Shown here one piece after another: positions 28,229 to 39,732 of a DNA stretch of 64,000 nucleotides. The translations under genes were made by a program, and so were the position numbers. The stretch is from assembly GCF_050742655.1 (NCBI RefSeq), contig NZ_JBOIGG010000017.1:10144-74143 (forward strand), given 5' to 3'. This stretch comes from Paraburkholderia sp. Its GTDB lineage: Bacteria; Pseudomonadota; Gammaproteobacteria; Burkholderiales; Burkholderiaceae. Below the pieces are notes generated by a model. It was not told the origin of the DNA. It saw nothing but the letters and a program-made list of their open reading frames with translations, and made no database searches. Every line of letters begins with the position of its first letter. The stretch's first letter is position 1.

Positions 28229-29554
28229 ATGATTGGCAAACCCCTGATCCGTTCGTTATCCGTTGCTGCGGTACTCGCGCTGGGCATCGCCCAGAACGCG
28301 CAGGCGGCAACCGAAATCCAGTTCTGGCACGCGATGGAAGCCGCACTGGGCGAACGCCTGAACGACATCGCGAACGCGTTCAACGCGTCGCAAAGCGACT
28401 ACAAGATCGTTCCGGTCTTCAAGGGTAGCTACGACCAGACGCTCGCCGCCGGCATCGCTGCATACCGCAGCGGCAACGCGCCGGCCATCCTGCAGGTCTA
28501 CGAAGTAGGCACGGCAACGATGATGCAGGCAAAGAAAGCCGTCATCCCTGTATCCGACGTGTTCAAGCAAGCCGGCGTACCACTCGACGAAAAAGCCTTC
28601 GTGCCGACCATCGCCAGCTACTACAGCGACGCGAAGACCAACGAGCTGATCTCGATGCCGTTCAACAGCTCGACGCCGGTGCTCTATTACAACAAGGATG
28701 CGTTCAAGAAGGCCGGGCTCGACCCGAACAAGCCGCCGAAGACGTGGGCCGAACTCGAGCAGGACGCGCAGAAGCTGAAGGCATCGGGGATGTCGTGCGG
28801 CTACTCGTCGGGCTGGCAGAGCTGGATCCAGCTGGAGAACTATAGTGCGTGGCACGGCGTGCCGTTCGCGTCGGAAAACAACGGCTTCGACGGTACCGAT
28901 GCGGTGCTCGAGTTCAACAAGCCGCTGCAGATCGCGCACATCCAGTTCCTGCAGAACATGGCCAAGGAAGGCACGTTCACCTACGTCGGCCGCAAGGACG
29001 AACCGGTGTCGAAGTTCTATAGCGGCGACTGCGGGATCATCACGAACTCGTCGGGCTCGCTCGCGACGATCAAGAAATACGCGAAGTTCAACTTCGGCAC
29101 CGGCATGATGCCGTACGACGCGAACGTGAAGGGCGCGCCGCAGAACGCGATCATCGGTGGCGCGAGTCTCTGGGTGTTGTCGGGCAAGGATCCGGCGGTC
29201 TATAAGGGCGTCGCGAAATTCCTGGCGTATCTGAGCTCGCCGGCGGTCGCCGCCAAATGGCACCAGGACACGGGCTATCTGCCGGTCACGACAGCCGCCT
29301 ACCAGCTGACGCAGCAACAGGGCTTCTATCAGAAGAACCCGGGCAGCGACACCGCGATCCGTCAGATGCTGAACAAGCCGCCGCTGCCGTTCACGAAGGG
29401 ACTGCGCCTCGGCAACATGCCGCAGATCCGCACGATCATCGACGAAGAACTCGAGCAGGTCTGGGCGCAGAAGAAGTCGCCGAAAGACGCGCTCGACTCC
29501 GCCGCGTCGCGTGGCGACGAACTGCTGCGCCGCTTCGAGAAAGCGGGCAGCTAA
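28229..29554 (+). CDS. ugpB: sn-glycerol-3-phosphate ABC transporter substrate-binding protein
   Basis: [42 protein letters not shown] and WHQDTGYLP motifs. Confidence 0.95.
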   Translation: MIGKPLIRSLSVAAVLALGIAQNAQAATEIQFWHAMEAALGERLNDIANAFNASQSDYKIVPVFKGSYDQTLAAGIAAYRSGNAPAILQVYEVGTATMMQAKKAVIPVSDVFKQAGVPLDEKAFVPTIASYYSDAKTNELISMPFNSSTPVLYYNKDAFKKAGLDPNKPPKTWAELEQDAQKLKASGMSCGYSSGWQSWIQLENYSAWHGVPFASENNGFDGTDAVLEFNKPLQIAHIQFLQNMAKEGTFTYVGRKDEPVSKFYSGDCGIITNSSGSLATIKKYAKFNFGTGMMPYDANVKGAPQNAIIGGASLWVLSGKDPAVYKGVAKFLAYLSSPAVAAKWHQDTGYLPVTTAAYQLTQQQGFYQKNPGSDTAIRQMLNKPPLPFTKGLRLGNMPQIRTIIDEELEQVWAQKKSPKDALDSAASRGDELLRRFEKAGS

Positions 29555-29665
29555 CGTGGCCGTCGCAACAGAAGCAACACAGAGGTAAAACGAAGGAGAC
29601 GCGCGGCGAGTCCGCGCGTCATCGCGCTTCATCCTGCGCACCGTTCATTCCAGCTGGAAAAATCG

Positions 29666-30550
29666 ATGGAAAAGCGCTCCCGCTTCGGCTCCGGTGTCCT
29701 GCCCTACCTGCTCGTCGGTCCGCAGCTCGCGATCACGCTCGTGTTCTTCCTGTGGCCCGCCGGCGACGCACTATGGCAGTCGACGCTATCGCAGGACGCA
29801 TTCGGCACGTCGAGCCAGTTCGTCGGGCTGGCGAATTTCCGCCAGCTGTTCGCCGATCCGCTGTACCTGTCGTCGCTCTACACCACGCTGATCTTCTGTA
29901 CGCTCGTCACGGTGTCCGGTCTCGTGATCTCGCTGCTGCTCGCCGCCTGCGCGGACCGCGTGACGCGCGGTGCGAGGGCGTACCAGACGCTGTTGATCTG
30001 GCCGTACGCGGTCGCGCCCGCGATCGCCGCAGTGCTGTGGTCGTTCCTGTTCAATCCGAGCATCGGGCTCGTCACGTATGCGCTCGCGAAGTACGGCATC
30101 GTGTGGAATCACGCGCTGAACTCGGGGCAAGCAATGTTCCTCGTCGTGCTCGCATCGGTATGGAAGCAGGTCAGCTACAACTTCCTGTTCTTCTACGCGG
30201 GCTTGCAGGCGATTCCGCGCTCGCTGATCGAAGCGGCGGCGATCGACGGCGCAGGTCCGGTGCGGCGTTTCTTCGGCATCGCGCTGCCGCTGCTGTCGCC
30301 GACCAGCTTCTTCCTGCTCGTCGTGAATCTGACCTACGCGTTCTTCGACACGTTCCCGGTCATCGATGCAGCCACCGGCGGCGGTCCCGCGCAGGCCACG
30401 CGTACGCTGATCTACAAGATATTCGCCGAGGGCTTTCAGGGCCTCGACATCGGCAGTTCGGGCGCGCAGTCGGTCGTGCTGATGGTGATCGTCGTCGGGC
30501 TGACCGTCGTGCAGTTCCGTTTCGTCGAGCGGAGGGTTCAATACTCATGA
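29666..30550 (+). CDS. ugpA: G3P ABC transporter permease
   Basis: [39 protein letters not shown] (EAA motif). Confidence 0.94.
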   Translation: MEKRSRFGSGVLPYLLVGPQLAITLVFFLWPAGDALWQSTLSQDAFGTSSQFVGLANFRQLFADPLYLSSLYTTLIFCTLVTVSGLVISLLLAACADRVTRGARAYQTLLIWPYAVAPAIAAVLWSFLFNPSIGLVTYALAKYGIVWNHALNSGQAMFLVVLASVWKQVSYNFLFFYAGLQAIPRSLIEAAAIDGAGPVRRFFGIALPLLSPTSFFLLVVNLTYAFFDTFPVIDAATGGGPAQATRTLIYKIFAEGFQGLDIGSSGAQSVVLMVIVVGLTVVQFRFVERRVQYS

Positions 30551-31392
30551 TCGAGAATCGTCGCGGTTTCGACCTGTTCTGCCACGCGGTGCTGTTGATC
30601 GGCGTCGTGCTGGTGGTGTTTCCCGTGTACGTCGCGTTCTGCGCGGCCACGATGAGCGAGCACGAAGTATTCAGCGTGCCGCTGTCGCTGATACCGAGCA
30701 CGCATCTGTTCGAGAATGTCGCGACCGTGTGGACGCACGGCAGCGGCGGCGCGGCCAGCCCGTTCAGCCGCATGCTGTTCAACAGCCTCGTGATGGCGCT
30801 CGTCATCGCGATCGGCAAGATCGCGATCTCGATGATCTCCGCATACGCGATCGTGTTCTTCCGCTTCCCGTTTCGCAACACGGCGTTCTGGCTGATCTTC
30901 GTCACGCTGACGCTGCCGGTCGAAGTGCGCATCTTCCCGACGGTTCAGGTCGTCTCGTCGATGCATATGAGCAACACGTACGCGGGTCTCACGCTGCCGC
31001 TGATCGCGTCGGCGACCGCAACGTTCCTGTTCCGCCAGTTCTTCATGACGCTGCCCGACGAGCTGATGGAAGCCGCGCGCATCGACGGCGCGGGGCCGCT
31101 GCGTTTCCTCTGGGATGTCGTCGTGCCGCTGTCGAAGACGAACGTCGCCGCGCTGTTCGTGATCACCTTCATTTACGGCTGGAACCAGTATCTGTGGCCG
31201 ATCCTGATCACGAGCCAGCAGTCGCTGACCACGGCGGTCGTCGGGATCAAGAGCATGATCGCGTCCGGCGATACCGCGACCGAATGGCATCTGGTGATGA
31301 CGGCGACGCTGCTCGCGATGCTGCCGCCGCTCGCCGTCGTGCTGACGATGCAGCGCTGGTTCGTGCGCGGCCTCGTCGATTCGGAAAAATGA
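30547..31392 (+). CDS. ugpE: G3P ABC transporter permease
   Basis: Start ATG 30547 (MIENRR) overlapping the ugpA stop. [31 protein letters not shown] and WNQYLWP motifs. Confidence 0.94.
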   Translation: MIENRRGFDLFCHAVLLIGVVLVVFPVYVAFCAATMSEHEVFSVPLSLIPSTHLFENVATVWTHGSGGAASPFSRMLFNSLVMALVIAIGKIAISMISAYAIVFFRFPFRNTAFWLIFVTLTLPVEVRIFPTVQVVSSMHMSNTYAGLTLPLIASATATFLFRQFFMTLPDELMEAARIDGAGPLRFLWDVVVPLSKTNVAALFVITFIYGWNQYLWPILITSQQSLTTAVVGIKSMIASGDTATEWHLVMTATLLAMLPPLAVVLTMQRWFVRGLVDSEK

Positions 31393-31488
31393 GCAGGCCC
31401 GGCCGGATATCGCAATGAAAATCTCAATGAACACATCCCGCGGCCGTGCGCATCGCGCCGGCCGCCTCTGCACTGAAAGGCGGATGGA

Positions 31489-32577
31489 ATGGCTGCGCTG
31501 ACGCTCAAGGCTGTCAAGAAAACCTACGACGGCAAACAGTTCGTGCTGCACGGCATCGACGTGGACATCGCGGACGGCGAGTTCGTCGTGATGGTGGGTC
31601 CGTCGGGCTGCGGCAAGTCGACGCTGCTGCGGATGGTCGCCGGTCTGGAGAGCATCTCCGACGGCGAGATTTCGATCGGCGGCAAGGTCGTGAACCGGCT
31701 CGAACCGAAAGACCGGAACATCGCGATGGTGTTCCAGAACTACGCGCTGTATCCGCACATGAGCGTCGCGCAGAACATGGGCTACGCGCTGAAGATCGCC
31801 GGCACGGCTCCCGCGGCGGTCGCGCAGCGTGTCGACGCGGCGGCGAAGATTCTCGAGCTCGGGCCGCTGCTTGAGCGCAAGCCGCGCGAGCTGTCGGGCG
31901 GTCAGAGGCAGCGCGTCGCGATGGGTCGTGCGATCGTCCGTGAACCGGCCGTGTTCCTGTTCGACGAGCCGCTGTCGAATCTCGATGCGCGGCTGCGCGT
32001 GCAGATGCGGCTCGAAATCCAGCGGTTGCACGCGCGCCTCGCGACGACGAGCCTGTACGTCACACACGACCAGGTCGAAGCGATGACGCTCGCGCAGCGC
32101 GTGATCGTGATGAACCGCGGCTACGCGGAACAGATCGGCTCGCCGACCGACGTCTACGAACGGCCGGCGACGGTGTTCGTCGCGAGCTTCATCGGGTCGC
32201 CGGGCATGAACCTGCTGCACGGCCGCGTGTCCGACGACGGCTCGACGTTCGAGATCGCTGAAGGCGGCCCGGCGCTGCCGATCGCCGGTGCGCCGTCGAT
32301 CGGTCGCGAGGTAGCGGCCGGACGCGAATGGATCGTCGGCATCCGTCCCGAGCACATGACGCCCGGCCAGCCCGACGCGGCGCACGCGACCCTCACCGTC
32401 GATTCGTGCGAACTGCTCGGCGCCGACAATCTCGCGCACGGCCGTTGGGGCGCGCACGACGTCACCGCGCGGCTGCCGCACACGCATCGGCCGGCGGCCG
32501 GCGAAGCGCTGCAGGTCGCGCTGCCTGCAAAGCATCTGCATTTCTTCGATCCGGCGAGCGGACAGCGGGCGAACTGA
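31489..32577 (+). CDS. ugpC: G3P ABC transporter ATP-binding protein
   Basis: [23 protein letters not shown] and [11 protein letters not shown] motifs. Confidence 0.94.
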   Translation: MAALTLKAVKKTYDGKQFVLHGIDVDIADGEFVVMVGPSGCGKSTLLRMVAGLESISDGEISIGGKVVNRLEPKDRNIAMVFQNYALYPHMSVAQNMGYALKIAGTAPAAVAQRVDAAAKILELGPLLERKPRELSGGQRQRVAMGRAIVREPAVFLFDEPLSNLDARLRVQMRLEIQRLHARLATTSLYVTHDQVEAMTLAQRVIVMNRGYAEQIGSPTDVYERPATVFVASFIGSPGMNLLHGRVSDDGSTFEIAEGGPALPIAGAPSIGREVAAGREWIVGIRPEHMTPGQPDAAHATLTVDSCELLGADNLAHGRWGAHDVTARLPHTHRPAAGEALQVALPAKHLHFFDPASGQRAN

Positions 32578-32583
32578 GAAGCC

Positions 32584-32895
32584 ATGAACCGCGCGGCACT
32601 CAAGTTCATCCGGCTGGGCGCGGCGTTTGCCGCGGCCCTGCTGTTGAGCGTGCCGCCGGCGTTCGCCTATGTCGCGCCGGACGCTGCCCCCGGCACGAAC
32701 GCCGACGAAGCCAACCTCAGCAATCACAACACCTACAGGAACCGCGACGGCGACACCGTGCACGCACCGGCCCGCTCGCTGTCCAGGCAGATCCCGCAAG
32801 GCGCGACCGCGCGCTGCCGCGACGGCACCTATAGTTTCAGCCGTCATCGCAGCGGCACCTGTTCTCGGCACGGCGGCGTCGCGGACTGGCTATAG
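32584..32895 (+). CDS. DUF3761-like small secreted protein
   Basis: Signal-peptide-like N-terminus and the C-terminal GATARCRDGTYSFS....GTCS.HGGV..W motif. Confidence 0.75.
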   Translation: MNRAALKFIRLGAAFAAALLLSVPPAFAYVAPDAAPGTNADEANLSNHNTYRNRDGDTVHAPARSLSRQIPQGATARCRDGTYSFSRHRSGTCSRHGGVADWL

Positions 32896-33111
32896 ATCGG
32901 CACCGGACGGTACGCCGCCCCGTTCGCCCCCGTCGCTTCCCGCTGCAGTCCGTTCCTCGCGGCGAAGTACAATGCCGTCTGAACCATCCGCCCGCGCGCG
33001 GGCGTCGTTAAGCCCGGCGCCGGGCGCCCTGCCCGGCCTGTACCGATTACCCATTCACCCTCGATTGCCCGTCCGCATGCGGCTGGCGTCGTCAACGTCT
33101 ACTGCAAGCAA

Positions 33112-34776
<1,665 letters not shown>

Positions 34777-34941
34777 CACGCGACGCACGACGATTGCGGT
34801 TGCAGTTCGGCACGACGGCGGGTACATCGCTTGCTGTCCGGTCGTCGTGTCGACGCTGTGCCCTGTTCGCCTCGTGTGCGCCGTATCAAGCGCACGCGAG
34901 ACAAGGCCGGACATGCCGCGCGCGACGCGCGGCGGCGACGC

Positions 34942-35009
34942 TTGACACGTGCTGCGCAAAGCACGACGATTTGTCCATAATCTGATTTCAAAATCCACAA
35001 TATGGACAA
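34942..35009 (+). promoter_or_regulatory. promoter and operator of the dioxygenase-MFS-SDR-IclR operon
   Basis: Perfect TTGACA (34942-34947). Inverted repeat TTGTCCATA (34971-34979) / TATGGACAA (35001-35009), whose right arm ends a TCCA-caata-TGGA palindrome. Confidence 0.55.
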
Positions 35010-35022
35010 ATCAGGAGACGCC

Positions 35023-35559
35023 ATGTCCGCTCCCTCCGCCGGCGCCAACGCGTCGGATGCGCTCACGCCTTATCAGTTACCCAATCCGCCCGAAGCGTTG
35101 CGCGAGATCGTCGTCGAATCCGCGATCCCGAAGGACGAGCGCCTGTGGGTGCCGCAAGCCGACAACGTGTGGTTCAGGCCACTGTGCCTGAACGTGTCGA
35201 CCGGCTACTGGATGAACCTGCTGCGCGTGCGCAAGTCCGGCGTGCTGAGCCGCCACCGGCATCCGCAGGCGGTGCACGGCATGGTGCTGAAGGGCAAGTG
35301 GCGCTATCTCGAACACGACTGGGTCGCGACCGAAGGCAGCTACGTGTTCGAGCCGCCCGGCGAAACGCACACGCTGTACGTGCCCGAAGACGTCGAAGAA
35401 ATGATCACCTACTTCCAGGTGAACGGCGTGATGTACTACTGCGATCCGTACGGCAACTTCACCGGTTATGAAGACGTGTTCACGAAACTCGAGATGTGCC
35501 GCGCGCATTTCGAGCGGGTTGGACTCGGCGGCGGATTCGTCGACCAGTTCGTGAGGTGA
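35023..35559 (+). CDS. 2,4'-dihydroxyacetophenone dioxygenase-like cupin
   Basis: DERLWVP, SRHRHPQAVHG..LKGKWRYLEHDW and EPPGETHTL (cupin HxH...H). Start ATG 35023 with AGGAGA Shine-Dalgarno. Confidence 0.82.
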   Translation: MSAPSAGANASDALTPYQLPNPPEALREIVVESAIPKDERLWVPQADNVWFRPLCLNVSTGYWMNLLRVRKSGVLSRHRHPQAVHGMVLKGKWRYLEHDWVATEGSYVFEPPGETHTLYVPEDVEEMITYFQVNGVMYYCDPYGNFTGYEDVFTKLEMCRAHFERVGLGGGFVDQFVR

Positions 35560-35621
35560 GCCCGGCGCGTCACGCTGCTTCATCCATCCATAGACTCAAA
35601 AGAGCATCGGAGGAGACAACC

Positions 35622-36923
35622 ATGCAGGCCAAGACCCGGCGCCTCGCGCGCATCCAGGTGATCGCGCTCGTGTTCCTGACACTCGCGGGCATCGTCAACT
35701 ATCTCGATCGCAGCACGCTGTCGATCGCCAATCATTCGGTCAGCGGCGAACTCGGTCTGAGCGCGTCGCAGATGGGTCTGCTGCTGTCGGCATTCTCGTT
35801 CGCGTACGCGTTCTCGCAATTGCCGATGGGCGTGCTGCTCGACCGCTTCGGCGCGCGGCTGATGCTCGGCGTCGGGATGCTCGTGTGGTCGGTGGCGCAA
35901 TTGTTCGGCGGGCTCGTGCAGACGCTGCCGCAGTTTCTCGTCGCGCGGATCTGTCTGGGCATCGGCGAGGCGCCGCAGTTTCCGGCGGGTGCGAAGGTCG
36001 TCAGCGAATGGTTCACGCTGCGCGAACGCGGCCGGCCGACCGGCATCTTCACGACGTCGTCGACGATCGGCCCCGCGCTCGCGCCACCGATCCTCACCGC
36101 GTTGCTGCTGGTGTTCGGCTGGCGCTGGATGTTCGTCGTGATGGGCGTGCTCGGCATCGCGGTCGCGACCGGCTGGTACATCGTGTATCGCAATCGTGCC
36201 GACATTCAGCTCGCGCCCGACGAGGTCGTCCACCTGACCGAAGAGGAACCGCATGCGCGCGCCGAGCGCCGGATGACGTTCGCCGAATGGCGCGGCCTGT
36301 TCACCTCGCCGACCACATGGGGGATGATCTTCGGCTTTATGGGCGTGATCTACATGGTCTGGCTGTACCTGACGTGGCTGCCTGCATATCTCGAACACGA
36401 GCGCCATCTGTCGATTGCGAAGACCGGCTGGATCGTGTCGATTCCCTATCTGTTCGGCACGCTCGGCATGCTGTCGAGCGGCTTCGTCGCCGACGGCCTG
36501 ATGGCGCGCGGCGTTTCGCCGATCCGCAGCCGCAAGTGGCCGATCTGCACCGGACTCATCTTCGCCGCGGTCTTCACGGTGCCGGCCGCGTACACGCCGA
36601 ACACGACGCTCGCGATCGTCTACCTGTCGTTCGCGATGTACTTCATCAATCTCGCGAGCGGCGGCGCGTGGGCGCTCGTCAGCGTCGCGGCGCCGCGGCA
36701 TCTTGTTGCGTCGCTCGGCAGCATCCAGAACTTCGGCGGGTATTTCGGCGGATCGTTTGCGCCGTTCATCACCGGTGTCGTGGTCGACCGCACGCATTCG
36801 TTCGTCAACGCGTTTTTGATCAGCGCGGCCGTGTCGTTCGCGGCGGCGCTCGTCTACATGTTCGTCGTGCGTGTGCCGATCGCCGAACGTACCGACGACG
36901 CGATCGCTGCGCGGCCCGCCTGA
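35622..36923 (+). CDS. MFS transporter (anion:cation symporter-like)
   Basis: VNYLDRSTLSIA, LLDRFGAR, RICLGIGEAPQFP and WLPAYL motifs. Start ATG 35622 with GGAGGAGA Shine-Dalgarno. Confidence 0.9.
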   Translation: MQAKTRRLARIQVIALVFLTLAGIVNYLDRSTLSIANHSVSGELGLSASQMGLLLSAFSFAYAFSQLPMGVLLDRFGARLMLGVGMLVWSVAQLFGGLVQTLPQFLVARICLGIGEAPQFPAGAKVVSEWFTLRERGRPTGIFTTSSTIGPALAPPILTALLLVFGWRWMFVVMGVLGIAVATGWYIVYRNRADIQLAPDEVVHLTEEEPHARAERRMTFAEWRGLFTSPTTWGMIFGFMGVIYMVWLYLTWLPAYLEHERHLSIAKTGWIVSIPYLFGTLGMLSSGFVADGLMARGVSPIRSRKWPICTGLIFAAVFTVPAAYTPNTTLAIVYLSFAMYFINLASGGAWALVSVAAPRHLVASLGSIQNFGGYFGGSFAPFITGVVVDRTHSFVNAFLISAAVSFAAALVYMFVVRVPIAERTDDAIAARPA

Positions 36924-36954
36924 TGTCTCTTTCTTTTTTGCTCATCGATCCATC

Positions 36955-37683
36955 ATGACGTTCCAGCACGATCTTTTCGCAGGTAAAACGGCCGTCGTGA
37001 CCGGCGGCACGCAGGGCATCGGCGCGGCGATCGCGCAGCGCCTCGCCGGACTCGGCGCACGCGTCGTCGCGGCAGGGCTGGCGCCGACCGATGCGCAGCG
37101 CGCGGCGCTCGGCGCATCCATCGAAGTCGCCGCACTCGACGTCGCGTCGAACGACAACGTCGCCGCGCTGTTCGCGCCGCTCTCGTCGCTCGATATTCTC
37201 GTGAACTGCGCGGGGATGATCCGCCGCGGCGAAGAGCACGACATCGACGTGTTCGAGCAGGTGATCGACGTGAACCTGACGGGCACGATGCGCGCGTGCT
37301 CGGCGGCGCGACCGTTGCTTGCAGCAAGCCGTGGTGCAATCGTGAATACCGCGTCGATGCTGAGCTTTTTCGGCGGCGGCCTCGTGCCCGCGTATGCGGC
37401 GAGCAAGGGCGGCATCGCGCAGCTGACGAAATCGCTCGCGCTCGCGTATGCGCGCGACCGCATCCGCGTGAACGCGGTCGCGCCCGGCTGGATCGCGACG
37501 CCGCTCACGCAGGCGCTGCAGGACGACGCGGACCGTTCGCGCGCGATCCTCGAGCGCACGCCGCTCGGACGCTGGGGCGAACCCGACGACATCGCTCAGA
37601 CCGTTGTGTTTTTGTGCTCGCCGGCCGCGGCGTTCGTCACGGCGACGATCGTGCCGGTCGATGGCGGGTATCTGGCCGCGTGA
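36955..37683 (+). CDS. SDR family oxidoreductase
   Basis: VTGGTQGIG, VNCAG, YAASKGG (YxxxK) and VNAVAPGWI.T motifs. Start ATG 36955. Confidence 0.92.
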   Translation: MTFQHDLFAGKTAVVTGGTQGIGAAIAQRLAGLGARVVAAGLAPTDAQRAALGASIEVAALDVASNDNVAALFAPLSSLDILVNCAGMIRRGEEHDIDVFEQVIDVNLTGTMRACSAARPLLAASRGAIVNTASMLSFFGGGLVPAYAASKGGIAQLTKSLALAYARDRIRVNAVAPGWIATPLTQALQDDADRSRAILERTPLGRWGEPDDIAQTVVFLCSPAAAFVTATIVPVDGGYLAA

Positions 37684-37696
37684 CATCATCGACACC

Positions 37697-38503
37697 ATGC
37701 CGACTTCCGCCGATACCCGCGACGCCGCTCAAGCCACCGGCACCGCCGCCTTCTCGAAGTTCATGTCGGTACTGCAACTGATCGCGGACGCCGCCGGGCC
37801 GCCGACCATCGCGCAACTCGCCGCGCACAGCGGCTATCCGCGACCGACGGTCTACCGGATCGTCGGTGCGCTGATCGGCGAGGGGCTGGTGATCGAGAGT
37901 CCGCGGGGCGCCACGTTCGAGCTCGGCCCGCGTCTGCTGACGCTCGCGAGCCGCAGTTGGGAGCGCTCCGATCTACGCGTCGCCGCGACGGATGCGTTGC
38001 AGACGCTGCGCGACGCGACTCAGGAGACCGTGCATCTCGCGGTGCGCAGCGGCACGGAGATGGTCTACATCGAGAAGCTGGAGAGTCCGCACGCGGTGCG
38101 GATGGCGTCGCGGATCGGCACGCGCGTAACGCTCTATTCGAGTTCGGTCGGCAAGGCGTATCTCGCCGCGCTCGATCCACGCGCACGCGATGCGCTGCTG
38201 CAAGGGCTCGTGCTCGAGCGCTTCACGCCGAATACGATCGTCGAACCGGCGGCGCTCGCGGCCGAACTCGACGCGACACGCGCACGCGGTCACGCGGAAG
38301 ACCGCGAGGAAAACGAAGCGCAGATTTTCTGTTATGGCTGCGTGATTCCCGGTCCAGATGGCGAGCCGGTCGCGTGCATCAGCGTCAGCATTCCGCTCTT
38401 TCGCCGCAGCGCGACGCCAGAGGAAACCTATGTCGCGCCGTTGCGCGCCGCGTGCCGCGCGGTCGCCGCGCGGCTGACGCCGATGTGGCGCAGCGGGCAG
38501 TAG
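37697..38503 (+). CDS. IclR family transcriptional regulator
   Basis: HTH ..GYPRPTVYRIV..L, FELGPRL, TQETVHLAV and SSSVGKAYLA motifs. Confidence 0.92.
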   Translation: MPTSADTRDAAQATGTAAFSKFMSVLQLIADAAGPPTIAQLAAHSGYPRPTVYRIVGALIGEGLVIESPRGATFELGPRLLTLASRSWERSDLRVAATDALQTLRDATQETVHLAVRSGTEMVYIEKLESPHAVRMASRIGTRVTLYSSSVGKAYLAALDPRARDALLQGLVLERFTPNTIVEPAALAAELDATRARGHAEDREENEAQIFCYGCVIPGPDGEPVACISVSIPLFRRSATPEETYVAPLRAACRAVAARLTPMWRSGQ

Positions 38504-38525
38504 TGACTGTAGTTACGACAGATGC

Positions 38526-39158
38526 TCAGACCGGCAGCCCGAGCGCGCGTAACGCCGCAGCCGTCGATCCCGCTCCGGTGTGATGCACACCATGCCAGCC
38601 GAGCGCGGTAGCAGCCTGCGCGTTCTTCAGGTTGTCGTCGATGAAGACCAGTTCGTCCGGCTCGATGCCCGGCAGCCGCGCTTCGATCCGCTCGCGCATC
38701 GCGGCGAAGATCGCCGGGTCCGGCTTCACGAGCTTCACACGACCCGACACGACGATGTCGTGAAACCGCCGCAGCACCGGGAAGTGCTCCCACGCATACG
38801 GAAACGTCTCAGCCGACCAGTTGGTCAGCCCGAAGATCGGCACGTCCGCGGCCTCGAGCGCTTCGACGATCGCGATCGTGTCTTCGTGCACGCCGGCGAT
38901 CATCTCGTGCCAGCGGTCGTAGAACGCGCGGATCAAAGGCTCGTGTTCCGGAAACCGCGCGATCAGTTCGGCGGTCCCCTCAGCCAGCGGCTGACCACCG
39001 TCCTGGCGGATCACCCATTCCATTGTGCAGACGTTCGCGAGAAACCAGCGGCGCTCGGCTTCGTCCGGAATCAGCTTGCGATACAGGTGCTCGGGACTCC
39101 AGTCGATCAGCACGCCACCGAAATCGAACACGACTGCCTTGACTGCATTCACCGTCAT
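38526..39158 (-). CDS. HAD family phosphatase
   Basis: VVFDFGGVLIDW, GLTNWS, KLVKPDP and VFIDD motifs. Start ATG 39158. Confidence 0.9.
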   Translation of the reverse strand: MTVNAVKAVVFDFGGVLIDWSPEHLYRKLIPDEAERRWFLANVCTMEWVIRQDGGQPLAEGTAELIARFPEHEPLIRAFYDRWHEMIAGVHEDTIAIVEALEAADVPIFGLTNWSAETFPYAWEHFPVLRRFHDIVVSGRVKLVKPDPAIFAAMRERIEARLPGIEPDELVFIDDNLKNAQAATALGWHGVHHTGAGSTAAALRALGLPV

Positions 39159-39706
39159 GCGAACTCCGTCGCAAGCACATCGGACAGCGTGCGCACGCCG
39201 ATCCGGTTGCCCGACAGCGAACAGCGCGGCCATAGCTGCGTGTAGTGATCGACGATCTGCTTCGGCGTGAGCGCCGACGTGTGCTGCGTGGTGTGCAGGT
39301 CGCCGACGATCGTCGTCCGGTAGCCGAGAAATGCCGCACGGCGTGCGCTCGCGTCGACGCAGAATTCGGTCGCGTAGCCGCAGATCAACAGGCGTTTGAC
39401 GCCGTGCCGCGCGAGCGTGTCCGCGAGCGGTGTCTCGTGAAACGAATCGCCGACGGTCTTGTTGACGACCGCGTCCTTGTCATTGCGCACGAGCCCGGGG
39501 TGCAGGTGCCACCCGTCGGTGTGCGGCTCGACGTCGTCGCCGGCTGCGCCGTCGTGCTGCACGAAGAACACCGGCACACCGGACGCGCGCGCGGCATCGG
39601 TCAGCCGGTTGATGCCGTCGACCACTTCGTCCCCGCGATACGCGGCATCGGGGCCGAAGAAGAAAGCCTTCTGTACGTCGATGACCAGCACTGCCAGATC
39701 CGTCAT
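39155..39706 (-). CDS. isochorismatase-family cysteine hydrolase
   Basis: LVIDVQ (Asp), NKTVGDSF (Lys) and GYATEFCVD (Cys) catalytic triad. Confidence 0.9.
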   Translation of the reverse strand: MTDLAVLVIDVQKAFFFGPDAAYRGDEVVDGINRLTDAARASGVPVFFVQHDGAAGDDVEPHTDGWHLHPGLVRNDKDAVVNKTVGDSFHETPLADTLARHGVKRLLICGYATEFCVDASARRAAFLGYRTTIVGDLHTTQHTSALTPKQIVDHYTQLWPRCSLSGNRIGVRTLSDVLATEFA

Positions 39707-39732
39707 ACCGTGTCCTCGTTACCCCAGCGATC

